Shown in pieces: positions 62,846 through 64,000 of a stretch of DNA of 64,000 bases (the stretch's first letter is position 1; every line of letters begins with the position of its first letter). A program made the position numbers and the translations under genes. The stretch covers positions 67,952,001 to 68,016,000 of the forward strand of contig CM060731.1 in the NCBI GenBank assembly GCA_030704615.1, read 5' to 3'. Origin of the DNA: Takakia lepidozioides. Its lineage: Eukaryota; Plantae; Bryophyta. The notes under the pieces are model-generated. The model worked only from the letters and a program-made list of their open reading frames with translations, was not told the DNA's origin and ran no database searches.

Positions 62846-64000
62846 TTCTCATGGTAGGCCGTGCTGGATAACTCATGAATTGTGTGTGTGAAGCTGAGGA
62901 GACCAATATTAATCTTGACAAAAAGGTTTTTATTCATAAAACCATCTTTAGACATCCACATTATATCCTTCAATGCATCCACAAATTCAGGGTTATTTGT
63001 TCCACATGTATATGTAGTTGAGTCCGTATTTGTAAGGTCATGTAATTAACTTTTCTGCATTTGTTGATGGGATTGACCCTAAGACTTAAAATTTTCTCTA
63101 TTTTTGTACGGGGAGGGACTTTAAAAAAAAATAAAAATTGTACAAGTTTTTATACACAAAGGATGGGTAAATTTGTAATTAAAATACATACAAGGGGTCA
63201 ATATCAGTGTACAATGCTGAGTATAGAGGTATTAAAAAAAAAGTCTTGATCGCACATATTATGAGATTTACATGAATAGTGAACCCCCCGAGCAAGGGGT
63301 CCAACTTTCACATCTGGAAGTTTCAGATGAGAGCCATACTTCACTAGAAGAGAAACCGGTTTTTTCCACGGTTTTTTCCACACTTTTTGATTTTTTTCTC
63401 ATGTTCGAAAAAGTCACATATTAGTTAGTGATTGAGCAATAGTTTAGATATGTTTTCGTCGCATCATCACTTAGACCACCACTCATGGCGCTCGCGAAAT
63501 GTCAATCTTACATCATGTATATATGGTGATTATATTTTTTTTATTAGTAGAAATAAGAGATGGGAGCGTCCAGTGATGAGGTCATTAGAGCCTATGAAAC
63601 ATAATGTGTATTTCAAACAATAATATCAAGGTTCTTACATATTCTTGGCGATTTTCGGAAAAAAAAATATTCTTTCCCATCGGTGTCTAACCATATTGTC
63701 AATTCACCTGATGGGTAGATGATGTATTTCATAGCAATAAACAATAACAACAATTTCTAGCTTAGGTCGTCCATATCCAAGTATACAATTGCGAAAAACC
63801 TCTTGAGGTGGCTACTATTCCAACCATCTGTTTTTCTACTTCTAAATTACAATATGACGATAAAATCAAATCCATTTAGATCTACATAAATTCACAAAAG
63901 GAGTCTAGGTATTAGTACTTTTATTCTTATTCACAGCTTTTCTAGCCATTTTAGTTTCTATGCTTAATTGAAATAGAGGATGTGTCGTTCACAATCAATA

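Overview
Eukaryotic, intron-containing land-plant DNA; a bryophyte/early-diverging origin is an inference. The first ~15 kb hold four host genes: the last exon of ZIP4/SPO22, a 7-exon 2OG-Fe(II) oxygenase with a ~5 kb LINE in intron 1, a Bet1/SFT-like Qc-SNARE and a GH5 endo-beta-mannanase. The rest is a nested transposon island. A decayed L1 LINE is interrupted by (i) a 5 kb TIR element with an 8-bp TSD that carries PLS-DYW PPR (RNA-editing factor) gene material and (ii) a Ty3/Gypsy element with a DNMT3-like C5-cytosine methyltransferase between protease and RT. Inside the Gypsy gag sits a 10.6 kb Mutator-like element with an 8-bp TSD. Besides its SWIM transposase it encodes a spliced ParB/Srx + beta-class amino-(N4C/N6A) DNA methyltransferase-like gene whose non-coding parts contain arrays of a palindromic motif. 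This is the best candidate for an undescribed system. The Gypsy RT is cut by a Crypton-like tyrosine-recombinase remnant. A second, 5'-truncated LINE copy, SINEs, MITEs and a solo LTR follow. All TE-borne ORFs here carry stops or frameshifts. Domain calls come from motif recognition by eye, not from database searches.
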